A stretch of 64,000 nucleotides of DNA, taken from Ranitomeya imitator. Taxonomy: Eukaryota. The number at the start of each line of letters is the position of its first letter. Position 1 is the first letter of the stretch. Positions 12,639 to 25,301 of the stretch are shown here, piece after piece. The notes beneath the pieces were generated by a model. It was not told the DNA's origin, made no database searches, and saw nothing but the letters and a program-made list of their open reading frames with translations. A program made the translations under genes and the position numbers. Location: the NCBI RefSeq assembly GCF_032444005.1, contig NC_091284.1, positions 463,264,001 to 463,328,000 on the forward strand. Reading direction: 5' to 3'.

Positions 12639-12752
12639 TAATTTTCAGGTGGAACTGTTTCAAAGATTGATGTCAGTTTTTGGAAGATAATGGAAAAACA
12701 AATTATGTTAACAAAATTATGTTAACAGGTTCCAGCTCTGTGGCGGGTCACC

Positions 12753-13343
12753 TGTCACGACTCACTGACCATGAGGGGTGAGGTGTCACCTCCGAGGAGC
12801 AGAGATTGCGATGATGCTCGCTGAATCCCGATAACACATTCTTGGAGATGCACTCTTAGCATCGCTGGGAGGCGGGACTCCGCTGCTTCCAGTGAATATG
12901 CTGTTTGGGGACCCTGGGATGCCAGAATGTGCTGGAGTAGTCAGATGGTGGTAGGTTCACTCCAGTCTTCTCTCCCCTCCTCCTGTGTCCCAGTGGTCTG
13001 GACTCTTGATTGGACATTGCCTAAGCGTGGACAGGTTTAAACCTGTCTTTTCCTCCTTTGGTTGCTCATTATTTCAGTTCTAGTGAGTGGTTAAGGACAG
13101 TGTTGCTGTGCTTTTGAGGAGGTTGATGCTTCGGCGCCTGTGATTGGTTTATCATTGTTCACCTTAGTTTATGCAGTTGCACTGTGGTTTTTGGTTCTGG
13201 TGTGTTTGCCCTGCCTGCTGTTTGTGTGAACGGTTACCAGCTGCCGTGCTACTCTCCGGGGAAATAGTATACCCATCAAGTGTGGCCGACACAGTGCTCT
13301 TGCTGGCTAGCAGTTGGTCATTTCAACACCACCCAGCATAACA
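12753..13343 (+). mobile_element. Possible solo LTR
   Basis: Starts TGTCA and ends TAACA, GC-rich then T-rich like other LTRs here; no clean TSD found. Confidence 0.35.
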
Positions 13344-13440
13344 GGTAGGCTCGAATGAGTGTATACAAAATCGTTCAAGGTAGGTCTCATATGTTTTATT
13401 TTTTGAAGCACTGACAACTCAAAAATTTGCTACATGTATT

Positions 13441-13667
13441 ATAATTATTATTATTTATATAGGACCATCATATTCCACAGCATTTTACAGATATGGTTGT
13501 TCCCAATGGGGTTCTTTGGAGTGTAGGAGGAAACCAGAGAACCTGGAGGAAAGCCACACAAATACAAAGAGAACATACAAACTCCTTGCAGATGTTGCCC
13601 TTGATGGGACTTGAATTCAAGCGTTGCAAAGTAACATTGCTAATCACTGAGCCACTGTATTGCCAAC
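13441..13667 (-). mobile_element. tRNA-derived SINE (V-SINE-like)
   Basis: Minus strand has A box GTGGCTCAGTGATTAGC, B-box-like TTCAAGTCCC, central CATCTGCAAGGAGTTTGTATGTTCTC..GGTTTCCTCC domain and an (AAT)n tail. Confidence 0.75.
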
Positions 13668-13791
13668 ATATTATTAAAAGTTGCATGCCTCTTAATAAAT
13701 GTGGTGCATTAAACCCAGAGGAATTTGGGTTGATGGCATTATTTAAGAAGTTATTCAAGTAACCCAGATAAGTCTGCATGCATATGACTTA

Positions 13792-14598
13792 CCATATATA
13801 CTCGTGTATAAGCTGAGTTTTTCAGCACTTTTTTTGTTCTGAAAACGCCCCCTCGGTTTTTATAATAGTCAATTGTTCCAGAGGGCGAGAGAGAGAGGTG
13901 AAGCAGCGGGTCACAGAGGTAGGAGCCGGCAGCTGCAGCTAAAGCATGTCCCACTGCTTAATAACGCACAGTGCCAGCCGCAGCTGCCGGCTGCCAGTAC
14001 ACATCCTACTCACCTACCGACGCACCCTCGCCGGCACTGCACCTCCTTCGTTCTGGCGCCAGCAGCTCTTCCTGTGCCGAGCAATTACATGACCCCGCTC
14101 ATTAAAGTAATGAATATGTACGCATCTCCAGTCCCATAGGCGTGGAGTGAATATTCATTACCTTCATGAGCGGGGCCACGTGATCGCTCGGCAGGAACAG
14201 CTGCTGGTGCTGGAATGAATGAAATGCAGTGCCACCGAGGGCACGCAGGTAGGTGAGTGGACATTTTTTTTTATAACAGGAATCATGCATACAAGGATAG
14301 GCGATAAATAGCCATATATACTAGGACAGGTACGGGGGAGCCATGCATGCAATAACAGGGATGGTGGAGCCATACATACAATGACAGGCACCGGGGTGCC
14401 ATGCATACAATGACAGGGAGGGGGAAGCCTTGCATACAAAGACAGGGATGAGGGGGCAATGCATAGCAGGATGGGGATGAGGGGACAATGCATACTCGGC
14501 TTATACTCGAGTCAATAAGCTTACCCAGTATATTGTGGCAAAATTAGGTGCCTGGGCTTATACTCGGGTCGGCTTATACTCGAGTATACAGCATACGG
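13792..14598. mobile_element. Second member of the CCGTATATACTCGAGTATAAG-TIR family
   Basis: TA-flanked TIRs similar to 11060-12638, in opposite orientation; short internal tandem repeats at about 14290-14490. Confidence 0.8.
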
Positions 14599-14841
14599 TA
14601 TGTACAGGACTATTATAGCTCAATGCTTGAGCATTATGTTTAAATCAAAGGATGGGATTAGATAACTTACAATGAAGTCAGGAAAGTCTTTCCTAGAATT
14701 ATTTCCCTTTAATAGTAGTAAATATGTAAATATATGGCTCATATATGAAGCAATTATTTGTTTATGTGCATGAAGCAAGTGAAGACTTCCAAGTCCTCAT
14801 ATTGAAGAAGATTGCTGGCATTCACTGGCATTATAGTTTAC

Positions 14842-15019
14842 CTTGTTCCTCTAGGCTGCATGACAGGATCTCATACACAACAGCTTTTATATATTCTGCG
14901 TCGTTCAGCGTCAGAGCAAGACAAGCATATACAGAGTTTACTTCTTCCATCACTGCTTCAATAAAGTTCTTATCACAGCTTTTCATTTTGTCATAGGTAG
15001 ACAAGACCATATTCAGGGC
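14842..15019 (-). CDS. Exon of dynein heavy chain-like gene (C-terminal domain)
   Basis: ATTAG acceptor, AAG|GTAAAC donor; phase 0 to 1; ALNMVLSTYDKMKSCDKNFIEAVMEEVNSVYACLALTLNDAEYIKAVVYEILSCSLEEQ. Confidence 0.8.
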
Positions 15020-16342
15020 CTAATTGTACAAGCAAACATTTTCATAAATCTTTTGTGTCAGAGGAAATCCCATTATAATAGTAAGAAACCATCACAGTAG
15101 CGACCAGGAACTACTCTAAATGTAAATGATGTATCTCAATATCTAACAGGTTAGAAAAGTACACCATTCAAAAGAGTGTGGATATACCGTAATTTAAAGT
15201 TGACTTTCAGCACCACTGCTTGAAGGAACACTAAGCACAAAAAATTAAAAAAACATACCAATCCCCCACTAATCTCAAAAACTAGTGCTCTGAAGCTCCA
15301 GCTGAATGGATCAGTGGTTGATCATGAGGAATGTTGCTCTATTCAATCTAATGGGAATATCAAAGATCAGTCAATCTGCAGTAGTCCCATTAGGAATGAA
15401 TGGTGTTGGCGTGCCCATGATCGACCTCTGCTGCATTCAGTCGGGGTTCTTCAGAACCCTGGCTCTTGGGATATGTGTGGGCAAGACCCCCAGAGATTGG
15501 AAAGTTATCCCCTATACAATGGATATGAGATATCTTTCAAACTTAAGAATTCTTAAAGGGTAATTCACTACTAAGTTTGGTGCTCACTTAATTACCTTAC
15601 AGGTATTCTCAAATGTCATAATTTTTTTATTTTCATAAATAATCTAAATTTATCTGTTCACAAGATATAGCCACAGCCATACTATTTACACGATACTTAT
15701 GTTGTTCTAACCCAGTTATGCAATGGATCATTGTGCAAAGTGAAAATTTCTGGAGCTATAGTTTACAATTACTGGAATCTAGGATTAAAAAAAAATTAAT
15801 AATGGTCGTGCCAACTTTGTAGTTCTAGAAGGAGCCACTGGAGCCCTAAAACATATCACTGACCCTATTTAGTTGTACCATGGGCAAAAGTTATTGCAAT
15901 GGTATATGTTGATATAATATAAAGAGTTAATTTTAGGGTAAAATGGATTTTCTGCAATGTTTCTTGCAATATTAGAAATTACTTCACTAACGTCTTTAAA
16001 TAAAATTTTAATAAAATCACCCCCTCTTAAACTCTTGACCCTGCTGCGCTGCTCCTCCCCCTGTTTCTACATAGAGCTTAGAACAATTCAGCTAGTCTGT
16101 TTTTAATCATGTGATGACATAAACCTAATGGAAATTACAAGAATTAACTGGGTAGAAAGGTAAAATGAGCAATTGTAAATATACAGTGACATACAGTATA
16201 ACAAGATGACTACACTATATTAAAAGGATAAAAATTTTGATAGGAGTGCTTCTTTAATTCTCACATAAAGAAGTTAGGAAAGGTAAATACAACAATATAA
16301 GCTTAATAACAGTTAAACAATATGATGAATGCCTAAGATTAC

Positions 16343-16527
16343 CTGTTGTAGCTGCATAGGACTTATTTCTAGTAAGTGGTTCAAACCAGTTTGGGGATAT
16401 ATCCTCTGTGTTTGGAGAAATCCATGCAACACGCAAACTGCATAGCAAAGTCTCTGTATTGTGAAGTAGCTCATTCTCATTCTAATACACATTTCTTCCT
16501 TCATCTGCTCCAGGGATGATAGGATGG
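16343..16527 (-). CDS. Exon of dynein heavy chain-like gene
   Basis: TTTTATAG acceptor, CAG|GTAATC donor; phase 1 to 0; RLCYAVCVLHGFLQTQRIYPQTGLN resembles the dynein LxFxLCFFHAxxQERRxFGxxGWN motif. Confidence 0.88.
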
Positions 16528-17032
16528 CTATAAAAATAATTTTAAATATGGATAACATTTTTAAAAAATGCACGTGTTTGAAACTCTTCATAAAAGTGTT
16601 GATATCGGATGGGTCTTCCAGGACTGATTTTGGGAGGGATTAGATTGCTAATTTTGGGAGAGTTCTTAAAGAAGGTCCCTATCAGTCATTATCACTTGGG
16701 GAATTAGCTGATACCCCAACAGGCCCTCAGCAACAAAAGAAGATTTTATGGCCAGCATTCAAATGGATAGGCATCCATGTAATGTATGGACCATGGAGGC
16801 TTCATTTTCTGTCTTAGAGAGAGAATCTCTAGTGAGAATTTTAATTTGCAATTAAACTGTATTCTCTGATTTTTCAAACTTATTTGAAATCTATAACTAT
16901 GAGAAATATAGAAAAAAGCAGGTCTCATTTCATCATCTGACTAGTCCACATGGTATCATGCTGAAGTTTTTAGACTTCACTGATGTCTCACATATCCATC
17001 CTTGAATATGATATATATGTACTGTACATATA

Positions 17033-18638
17033 CAGTGGGGCAAAAAAGTATTTAGTCAGTCAGCAATAGTGCAAGTTCCACCACTTAAAAAGATGAGAGG
17101 CGTCTGTAATTTACATCATAGGTAGACCTCAACTATGGGAGACAAACTGAGAAAAAAAAATCCAGAAAATCACATTGTCTGTTTTTTTAACATTTTATTT
17201 GCATATTATGGTGGAAAATAAGTATTTGGTCAGAAACAAAATTTCATCTCAATACTTTGTAATATATCCTTTGTTGGCAATGACAGAGGTCAAACGTTTT
17301 CTGTAAGTCTTCACAAGGTTGCCACACACTGTTGTTGGTATGTTGGCCCATTCCTCCATGCAGATCTCCTCTAGAGCAGTGATGTTTTTGGCTTTTCGCT
17401 TGGCAACACGGACTTTCAACTCCCTCCAAAGGTTTTCTATAGGGTTGAGATCTGGAGACTGGCTAGGTCACTCCAGGACCTTGAAAAGCTTCTTACGAAG
17501 CCACTCCTTCGTTGCCCTGGCGGTGTGCTTTGGATCATTGTCATGTTGAAAGACCCAGCCACGTTTCGTCTTCAATGCCCTTGCTGATGGAAGGAGGTTT
17601 GCACTCAAAATCTCACGATACATGGCCCCATTCATTCTTTCATGTACCCGGATCAGTCGTCCTGGCCCCTTTGCAGAGAAACAGCCCCAAAGCATGATGT
17701 TTCCACCACCATGCTTTACAGTAGGTATGGTGTTTGATGGATGCAACTCAGTATTCTTTTTCCTCCAAACACGACAAGTTGTGTTTCTACCAAACAGTTC
17801 CAGTTTGGTTTCATCAGACCATAGGACATTCTCCCAAAACTCCTCTGGATCATCCAAATGCTCTCTAGCAAACTTCAGACGGGCCCGGACATGTACTGGC
17901 TTAAGCAGTGGGACACGTCTGGCACTGCAGGATCTGAGTCCATGGTGGCGTAGTGTGTTACTTATGGTAGGCCTTGTTACATTGGTCCCAGCTCTCTGCA
18001 GTTCATTCACTAGGTCCCCCCACGTGGTTCTGGGATTTTTGCTCACTGTTCTTGTGATCATTCTGACCCCACGGGGTGGGATTTTGCGTGGAGCCCCAGA
18101 TCGAGGGAGATTATCAGTGGTCTTGTATGTCTTCCATTTTCTAATTATTGCTCCCACTGTTTATTTCTTCACTCCAAGCTGGTTGGCTATTGCAGATTCA
18201 GTCTTCCCAGCCTGGTGCAGGGCTACAATTTTGTTTCTGGTGTCCTTTGACAGCTCTTTGGTCTTCACCATAGTGGAGTTTGGAGTCAGACTGTTTGAGG
18301 GTGTGCACAGGTGTCTTTTTATACTGATAACAAGTTTAAACAGGTGCCATTACTACAGGTAATAAGTGGAGGAAAGAGGAGAATCTTAAAGAAGAAGTTA
18401 CAGGTCTGTGAGAGCCAGAAATCTTGATTGTTTGTTTCTGACCAAATACTTATTTTCCACCATAATATGCAAATAAAATGTTAAAAAAACAGACAATGTG
18501 ATTTTATGGATTTTTTTTTCTCAGTTTGTCTTCCATAGTTGAGGTCTACCTATGATGTAAATTACAGACGCCTCTCACCTTTTTAAGTGGTGGAACTTGC
18601 ACTATTGCTGACTGACTAAATACTTTTTTGCCCCACTG
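17033..18638 (-). mobile_element. Full-length Tc1 transposon (1606 bp)
   Basis: TA|CAGTGGGGCAAAAAAGTATTTAGTCAGTC ... GACTGACTAAATACTTTTTTGCCCCACTG|TA; ~210-bp inverted repeats. Confidence 0.97.
17249..18271 (-). pseudogene. Tc1 DD34E transposase, 340 codons with two premature stops and no frameshift
   Basis: MVKTKELSKDTRNKIV.., [33 protein letters not shown]; in-frame TAA at 18161-18163 and TGA at 17468-17470. Confidence 0.93.
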
Positions 18639-18657
18639 TATATAATATATATATTAT

Positions 18658-20248
18658 CATGTAAAAGTTTGGGCAGCCCTTGTCAAAATTAATGTTATTG
18701 TGAGCAGTTAACAAGTTGAAGGTGAAATGATCTATAAAAGGGCCAAAGTTAAAGATGACATATTTGCTTTTTATTTTAGGCAATATATATATATATTCTC
18801 ATCTTTTACATTTTAAAAAGTTACAAGAAGGAAAATTGGCCAAGCTTAAGTTTGGCCATTCTGCATGATTAATACCTAGTAGCACCCCTTTTTGCAAGTA
18901 TCACAGCTTGTAAATGCTTCTTGTAGCCAGCCAAGAGTCTTTCAATTCTTGTTTGAGGGATTTTCAACCATTTTTGCTTGGATAATTCTTCCAGTTATAT
19001 GAGATTCCTGGGTCATCTTGCATTCACTGCTATTTTGAGATGTAGCTACAGATTTTCAATGATATTCAAATCAGGGGACTGCGAGGGCCATTGTAAAATA
19101 TTCAGCTCGCACATTTTGAGGTAGACTATGGTGGATTTTGACATGTGTTTAGGATCATTACCAATTTTTGTAGACGCCATACTCTTTTCAACTTCAGCTT
19201 TTTTTATAGATGGTGTTATGTTTGCATCAAGAATTTGTGGAAATTTAATTTAATCCATTCTTGCCTCTATCCGTGAAATGTTCCCCATGCCATTGGCTGC
19301 AACACAGCCCCAAAGCATGATTGATCCACCCCCATTCATAATGGTTGGCGAGGTATTCTTTTCCTGAAATTCTGTACCCTTTTATCTTCACCCATACCTT
19401 TGATCATTGCTGCCAAAGAGTTCTATTTTAACTGATTGATTCACAGGACTTGTTTCCAAAATGCTTCAGGCTTGTTTAGATGTTCTTTTACGTACTTCTA
19501 ATGCTGAATTTTACGGTGAAGATGCAGGAGACATTTTCTTCTAATGAATCTTCCATGGAGGCCATATTTGTGCAAGTGTCTCTGAATAGTAAAACAATGT
19601 TCCACAATTTCAAACTCTGCTAAATTCTTCTGAAGGTCTTTTGCAGTCAAGTGGGGGTTCTGATTTGACTTTCTAGCAATCCTGTGAGCAGCGCTCTTTG
19701 AAATTTTGCTTAGTCTTTCAGACCTTATCTTGACCACCACTGTTCCCGTTAACTTCCATTTCTTAATTACATTTTGAAATGAGGAAAAGGGCAACTTGAA
19801 AATGCTTTGCTATCTTCCTATAGCCTTCTCCTGCTTTACAAGCCTCCACAATTTTCATTTCCACAGTGCTAGGCAGCTGCTTGGAAGAGCACAATGCTGC
19901 AGTTTTTGGCACAAGGTTAAAGGAGGTTGGGTTTTTATAAAGCAGGGAAATGTGCATCATCTAGTCTTTCCTAACCATGATAGTGAACAAGCCATAAACC
20001 ATAACAGGCTAATTAAGGTCTGAAATCTAGGTCAAAGTTATCAGAGCACACAAATCTCCATGGATGCCCAAACTTTTGCATCCTTTTTGTAATTTTTAAA
20101 ATATAATAAATGATACCTTTTTGCCTAACATACAAAGGAAATGTGTCATCTTTAAATTTAGCCCTTTCAGAGATCATTTCATCTTCAACCTGCTTAACTG
20201 TACGCAATAAATGTAATTTTGACCAGAGGTGCCCTAACGTTTACATGC

Positions 20249-20253
<5 letters not shown>
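18658..20253 (-). mobile_element. Decayed Tc1 element (second family)
   Basis: Degenerate TIR CATGTAAAAGTTTGGGCA / TGCCCTAACGTTTACATGCCAC; transposase remnants (KIVEACKAGEGYRKIAKHF; KKWKLTGTV..). Confidence 0.85.

Positions 20254-20299
<46 letters not shown>
20252..20299. repeat. (TA)n microsatellite
   Basis: About 24 TA units between two Tc1 termini. Confidence 0.98.
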
Positions 20300-20302
<3 letters not shown>

Positions 20303-20620
20303 TACTGTTCAAAAGTTTAAGGTCACTTAGAAAAAGAAAAGCACAGTTTTTTACAATGAAGCTAACATTTAAAAGATTCACAAATACACGCCATACATTG
20401 TTAATATGGTAAATGACTATTCTAGCTGCAAATGTCTGGTTTGTAATGCAATATCTTCATAGGTGTATAGAGGCCCATTTCCAACAACCATCACTCCAGT
20501 GTTCTTATGGTACTTTGTGTTTGCTAACTGTGTAAGAAGGCTAATGGATGGTTAGAACACATTTGAAAACCCTTGTGCAAGCATGTTAGCACAGCTGAAA
20601 ACAGTTTGGCTGATTAGAGA
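20300..20620. mobile_element. Tc1-like terminal fragment (third family)
   Basis: TA|CACTACTGTTCAAAAGTTT start, typical of Tc1 termini. Confidence 0.6.
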
Positions 20621-21250
20621 GAGAGATAGAGGGGGTCACCATCAACTATTATATGAGCTTACCACATATTGTATGTTGATTGAACTCAAATGTAACGCAA
20701 TATGCAGTAATACGGAGACACCTCTAGAGGAGGCAAATAACAACCAGATTGCTGTTTGAAATCTATGTATGTAGGCAATTTTAAGAGTTGTAAAATGGAG
20801 CCAGAATAAAGATATATGAAAAAATAAACTAGTAAAACTTAATTTTGGACTGTTAAAATTTGCATATACATTTCACGGGATCCTGTTGAACTATGGTCAG
20901 CATGAATCAGAGCCAGATTGCAGCCTGGTATGTTTTTCTCTAAAGTTCTCTGGTGTTTCACAGAAAACAGTTAACAGATCCAGTTGAGGACTACAGGCAG
21001 AGGCGGAGCTATTCCGATGTCGCTCCTGGCTGGCTTCTACATGCCCTGCTCCAGGATTAATCTAGTGACAGGTTCACTTTAAGGTTTAGTTTGTATCTAA
21101 CCTCAGTCAAGAGAAGCAAGGACAGTAATGGGTTCAGCACCAGAAATAACATCCTGATCAAAAACCGTGGGATAATATTTGGTCTCATCAAGGTTTCAGA
21201 GTCTTGTGTAATATAGGATAATTGTTACTATCGCCTTATATCATATTTAC

Positions 21251-21347
21251 CTGAATAAAGTACTCGTGGCAGAGAGTCAATAAATATCGCATCACTCGCT
21301 AATGTTTTTCTGTTCATCTGGTTCAACAAAAGGAAATGCCAGGATAC
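21251..21347 (-). CDS. Exon of dynein heavy chain-like gene
   Basis: TTTTGCTAATTACAG acceptor, CAG|GTAAAT donor; phase 0 to 1 fits both neighbours; VSWHFLLLNQMNRKTLASDAIFIDSLPRVLYS. Confidence 0.7.
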
Positions 21348-21693
21348 CTGTAATTAGCAAAAATCTCATTGCTCTGGTTTTATTTGGGGTTGAAAAAAAG
21401 AAGTTTAACTTAGTAATGTAAAAAACACAACCTGGGATGAAAACAAATTGAGCAAATACTCTGCAGTAAGTAAATGCTTCATTAGCAATAGTACATGTAA
21501 ATCACTGGAAATAGGACCGTCCCGATTGGGTTACCTTGTCATGTGGGATTACTTTTATGTTTTTTGATCAAAATAGTATTAACTAAGTATCCTTTGTTAA
21601 TTACATGTACTATTACAAGTGTATTTGCTCATTATTGTTTGTATGCTAAGTTGTGTATATTCATGGCCATAGTGTGAAAGCACACCAAGTTAA

Positions 21694-21897
21694 CCCTGCT
21701 GTTGTCTTCGGTCTGGGGAGACCGATTTTGAACTTTGATATTTTTTAGGGTGTTCAAGATGCGATTCTGAAACTAGTGGTTGATTGACTTAAATGAGAAT
21801 GGGTCGGTCGGCCACGGGTTTCAGAGCCGCATCTTGAATATTTTAAAGAATATTGAAGTTCAAGGTCGGTCGTTTTTGACCGAAGACAACAGCAAGG
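21694..21897. mobile_element. 204-bp palindromic TTAA MITE (piggyBac-like)
   Basis: TTAA|CCCTGCTGTTGTCTTCGGTC ... GACCGAAGACAACAGCAAGG|TTAA, plus an inner inverted repeat. Confidence 0.88.
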
Positions 21898-22570
21898 TTA
21901 AACTTGAACTAATATGTCAAATAAAGGTTAAAGAGATTGTACTAGCAAAAATAAATGTTCTGCAGGAGCTTGAAGCTGTAAAACATAACAATGTAAGTGA
22001 TAATCATCTACCACCCCTCTTCCACCCGCCAACACCATCACCCCTGGATTCAGCACATGATGCTCTGTGGTTTGCACTGAAAGAGGAAGCAGAGACCTCT
22101 CCATCCCACGATCAGCAAGACCACTGCAGATGGTGAATGGCTTCAGCGGGCAGAGTGTGATCTAAAAAAAATCAGATGATGCCCAGCTCATGTCACCTGA
22201 CCACTGCAGACAATCACATGTGTTGGTGAAAGAATGATGTCTCCTCTTGCACTATTAGTGCTCATGAAAGCGCGACCAGTGTAGAATCCAGGTGGATGAC
22301 GGAAGGTGAGTATCACTTAGCTTGTTATTTTTTATTGCTCCAAGTTCCTTGGGAACATTTTTGCCCATTTAAATCTTTATTTACTTAGCAATATTTAGGT
22401 CAGAAATTGTAAGCCAAAATCAGAAGCATAAAGAAATATTTGTAATGGAAAGGTTTGCGACTCTTCCATGTTTTTACTCCATTTATGATTTCAACCTACA
22501 AATAGACTTATGTGGACTGAAGCTGCTCATCTGAATTGTATTAGAGGACTTCACTTCTAGTTGAACTTAA

Positions 22571-23041
22571 AAGGAACCTGTCACGTGAAAAAATGCTATC
22601 AACCTGCAGATATGGGTTTAATCTGCAGGTTAATAGATAACTGTCTGAACATGATTGGAGCCCGCACATACACTCCCACTGCAGGAAGGAAATTAACTTC
22701 ATTTCTGAAAATAGCATTCAGGTTTCAGTCACAGGGGTGGCATTGGTGTGGGTTCAGTCACCGCACTGTGTTTAGAGAGCGGCATCTGTAACCGCACCCC
22801 CGGTACTGACTGATAGCAGCACAGTATTAGAATCGGCTGTCAGTCAGTGCCGGGGGCACAGCTACAGTTGCCGCACTCTATGTGCCACCCCCGTGCCTGA
22901 ATGGCTGGGAGGAATAACGTTCATTTCTTGTTGGCAGCAGGGGTCTAAGTGTGGGCACTGGGCAGGTTCAGAATGCTATTAACCTGCAGATGAACCCCAT
23001 ATCTGCAGGTTAAGAGCATTTTTTCTCGTGACAGATTCCCT
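22571..23041. mobile_element. T2/Kolobok-type MITE
   Basis: TTAA|AAGGAACCTGTCACG ... CGTGACAGATTCCCT|TCAA; subterminal inverted arms. Confidence 0.8.
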
Positions 23042-23828
23042 TCAAAATGAACTCGTATTATTCAATGGTATCTGATCAAAGACTGGTTTATACACAGAAC
23101 CAGAGATATCTGTCCCATCAGTAACATACCCCCTTTCACAAATCACATATTCATTTCTCTTCCCACAGATTAGGGTAATGAACATGAATATTATTCTATA
23201 TTGGAAACTATGGCCTGTGAATATACAGTATATTACAACAGAATAACCCAGAAAGTAATTTCTTACATTTTTACATCTAATCCTATTGTTTAATTATATT
23301 AGAAAAAGTTTAAAAGAAAACTGAACAACATATAATTATATCTATTCATAAGTGATGTTTTGTTATGAATCGTCAATAAATTGTGTAAGTTAAAAAGAAA
23401 ATGCAATTAAAGGGAAAACTTTGACAACTGACATTTTGTGTGTTTATAAGATACACATACTAATTTATTGCTTCATGCACGGTTTTACTTTCAAATGGTA
23501 TCAAGTAGTATTTTTCAATGTTCCATTGTTCAGTTCAAGAACTGAAAATTTGGCACCAGTACAATAACTCAAATTCATCATAAGGCTATGGCTATGCTGA
23601 GACTTGTATTACTCCTTGACTTTTAACTATTGACTGACAGCTGCAGTCAACAAAATGGACGTGGCTAGATGAAAAGGCAGAGACTGGCATTGCACCAACG
23701 GGGGTGGGGGTGGCTAAAGAAGGATTGGGCCATCTGTAATCAGAGAGCTCATTTACATACTGAGAAATTTACATTACAAAGAAACACAGTGTCCGCAAAT
23801 TGAGATTCTGGTTTGGCTATTATCCTAA

Positions 23829-24546
23829 AGGTACCTTCACACTGAGCGACTTAACAACGATATCGCTAGCGATCCATGACGTTGCAGCGTCCTGGATAGC
23901 GATATCGTTGTGTTTGACACGCAGCAGCGATCTGGATCCTGCTGTGACATCGTTGGTCGGAGCAGAAAGGCCAGAACTTTATTTCGTCGCTAGACTCCCG
24001 CAAACATCGCTGAATCGGCGTGTGTGACGCCGATTCAGCGATGTCTTCACTGGTAACCAGGGTAAACATAAGTGCAGGGCCACGCTTAGTAACCCAATGT
24101 TTACCCTGGTTACCATTGTAAATGTAAAAAAAAAAAAAACATTACATACTTACATTCCGGTGTCTGTCCCCTCCCTGTCAGCTTCCCACACTGACTGTGA
24201 GCGCCGGCCGGCCGTAAAGCACAGTGGTGACGTCACCGCTCTGCTTTATGGCCAGCCGGCGCTGAGACAGTGCAGGGAAGCTGAGGCCGGGGGACAGACA
24301 CCGGAATGTAAGTATGTAGTGTTTGTTTTTTTTACATTTACAATGGTAACCAGGGTAAACATCGGGTTACTAAGCGCGGCCCTGCGCTTAGTAACCCGAT
24401 GTTTACCCTGGTTACCAGGGGACTTCGGCATCGTTGGTCGCTGGAGAGCTGTCTGTGTGACAGCTCTCCAGCGACGAAACAGCGATGCTGCAGCGATTGG
24501 CATCGTTGCCTATATCGCTGCAGCGTCGCTTAATGTGACGGTACCT
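23829..24546. mobile_element. PIF/Harbinger-type MITE, copy 1
   Basis: TAA|AGGTACCTTCACACT ... ATGTGACGGTACCT|TTA (TWA target); internally palindromic. Confidence 0.85.
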
Positions 24547-24981
24547 TTAGTCATGTGACAAGGCTCGTTAAAGGGTCGACATTGACTTGAAGGATTGCTA
24601 CCTTCCAATAGGTGGCACTAGAGTTCTAGTTCTCTTTCTCTCTGAAGAGACAATTTGCATAATTAGCATATTTCCCAGAGGAGCATTGCTGCTTTAAGTC
24701 TCCTCACCTCAACATGCTTATCATGTCACTCTCTGCAAGGAGAAACGATACTTCTTGAATCCCAAAGAAACTTGGGAAATTTAGTTTTCAGCTGGGAAAT
24801 GGCAAAACCAGAAGTGATGAATTTCAGCAAGTCCATCACAGGGTGGTGATTATGGGGAATCCAATGTGGATGGTAAAAACAAACTTAAAGTTTGTGGAGG
24901 GCTATGTGGAGGGCATACAGTTTACTCTTTTAATTCACATAATATTGCAAAGTAATGATATACAGATGCTTCTCACAAAAT

Positions 24982-25150
24982 TGGATTTTCATTGGCTGTA
25001 AACCATAAACATCAACATTAACAGAAATAAACACTTGAAATAGATCACACTGTTTGCAATGACGCTATAGAATATACAAGTTTCACTTTTTGTATTGAAG
25101 AACCAAAATAAATTAACTTTTTGATGTTCTAATTTTGTGAAAAGCACCTG
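24982..25150. mobile_element. Tc1 terminal fragment (same family as 251-654)
   Basis: Close match to about 485-654; ends CACCTG|TA. Confidence 0.75.
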
Positions 25151-25301
25151 TAGTCTCTCCAAAAAGTGACATTTCACATTAAAAGATTTTCTAATAAAGA
25201 AAGTGATAGTATATTTCTAAATATTGCTACTTATTTTGGGGAGTTTAATTGCTGATCTTCCTGCCAGATATTCAGAATGAGGTAGTGCCATCACTGATTG
25301 A

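Noticed and set aside
17622-18362. 246-aa plus-strand ORF
   Set aside because: Antisense shadow of the Tc1 transposase.
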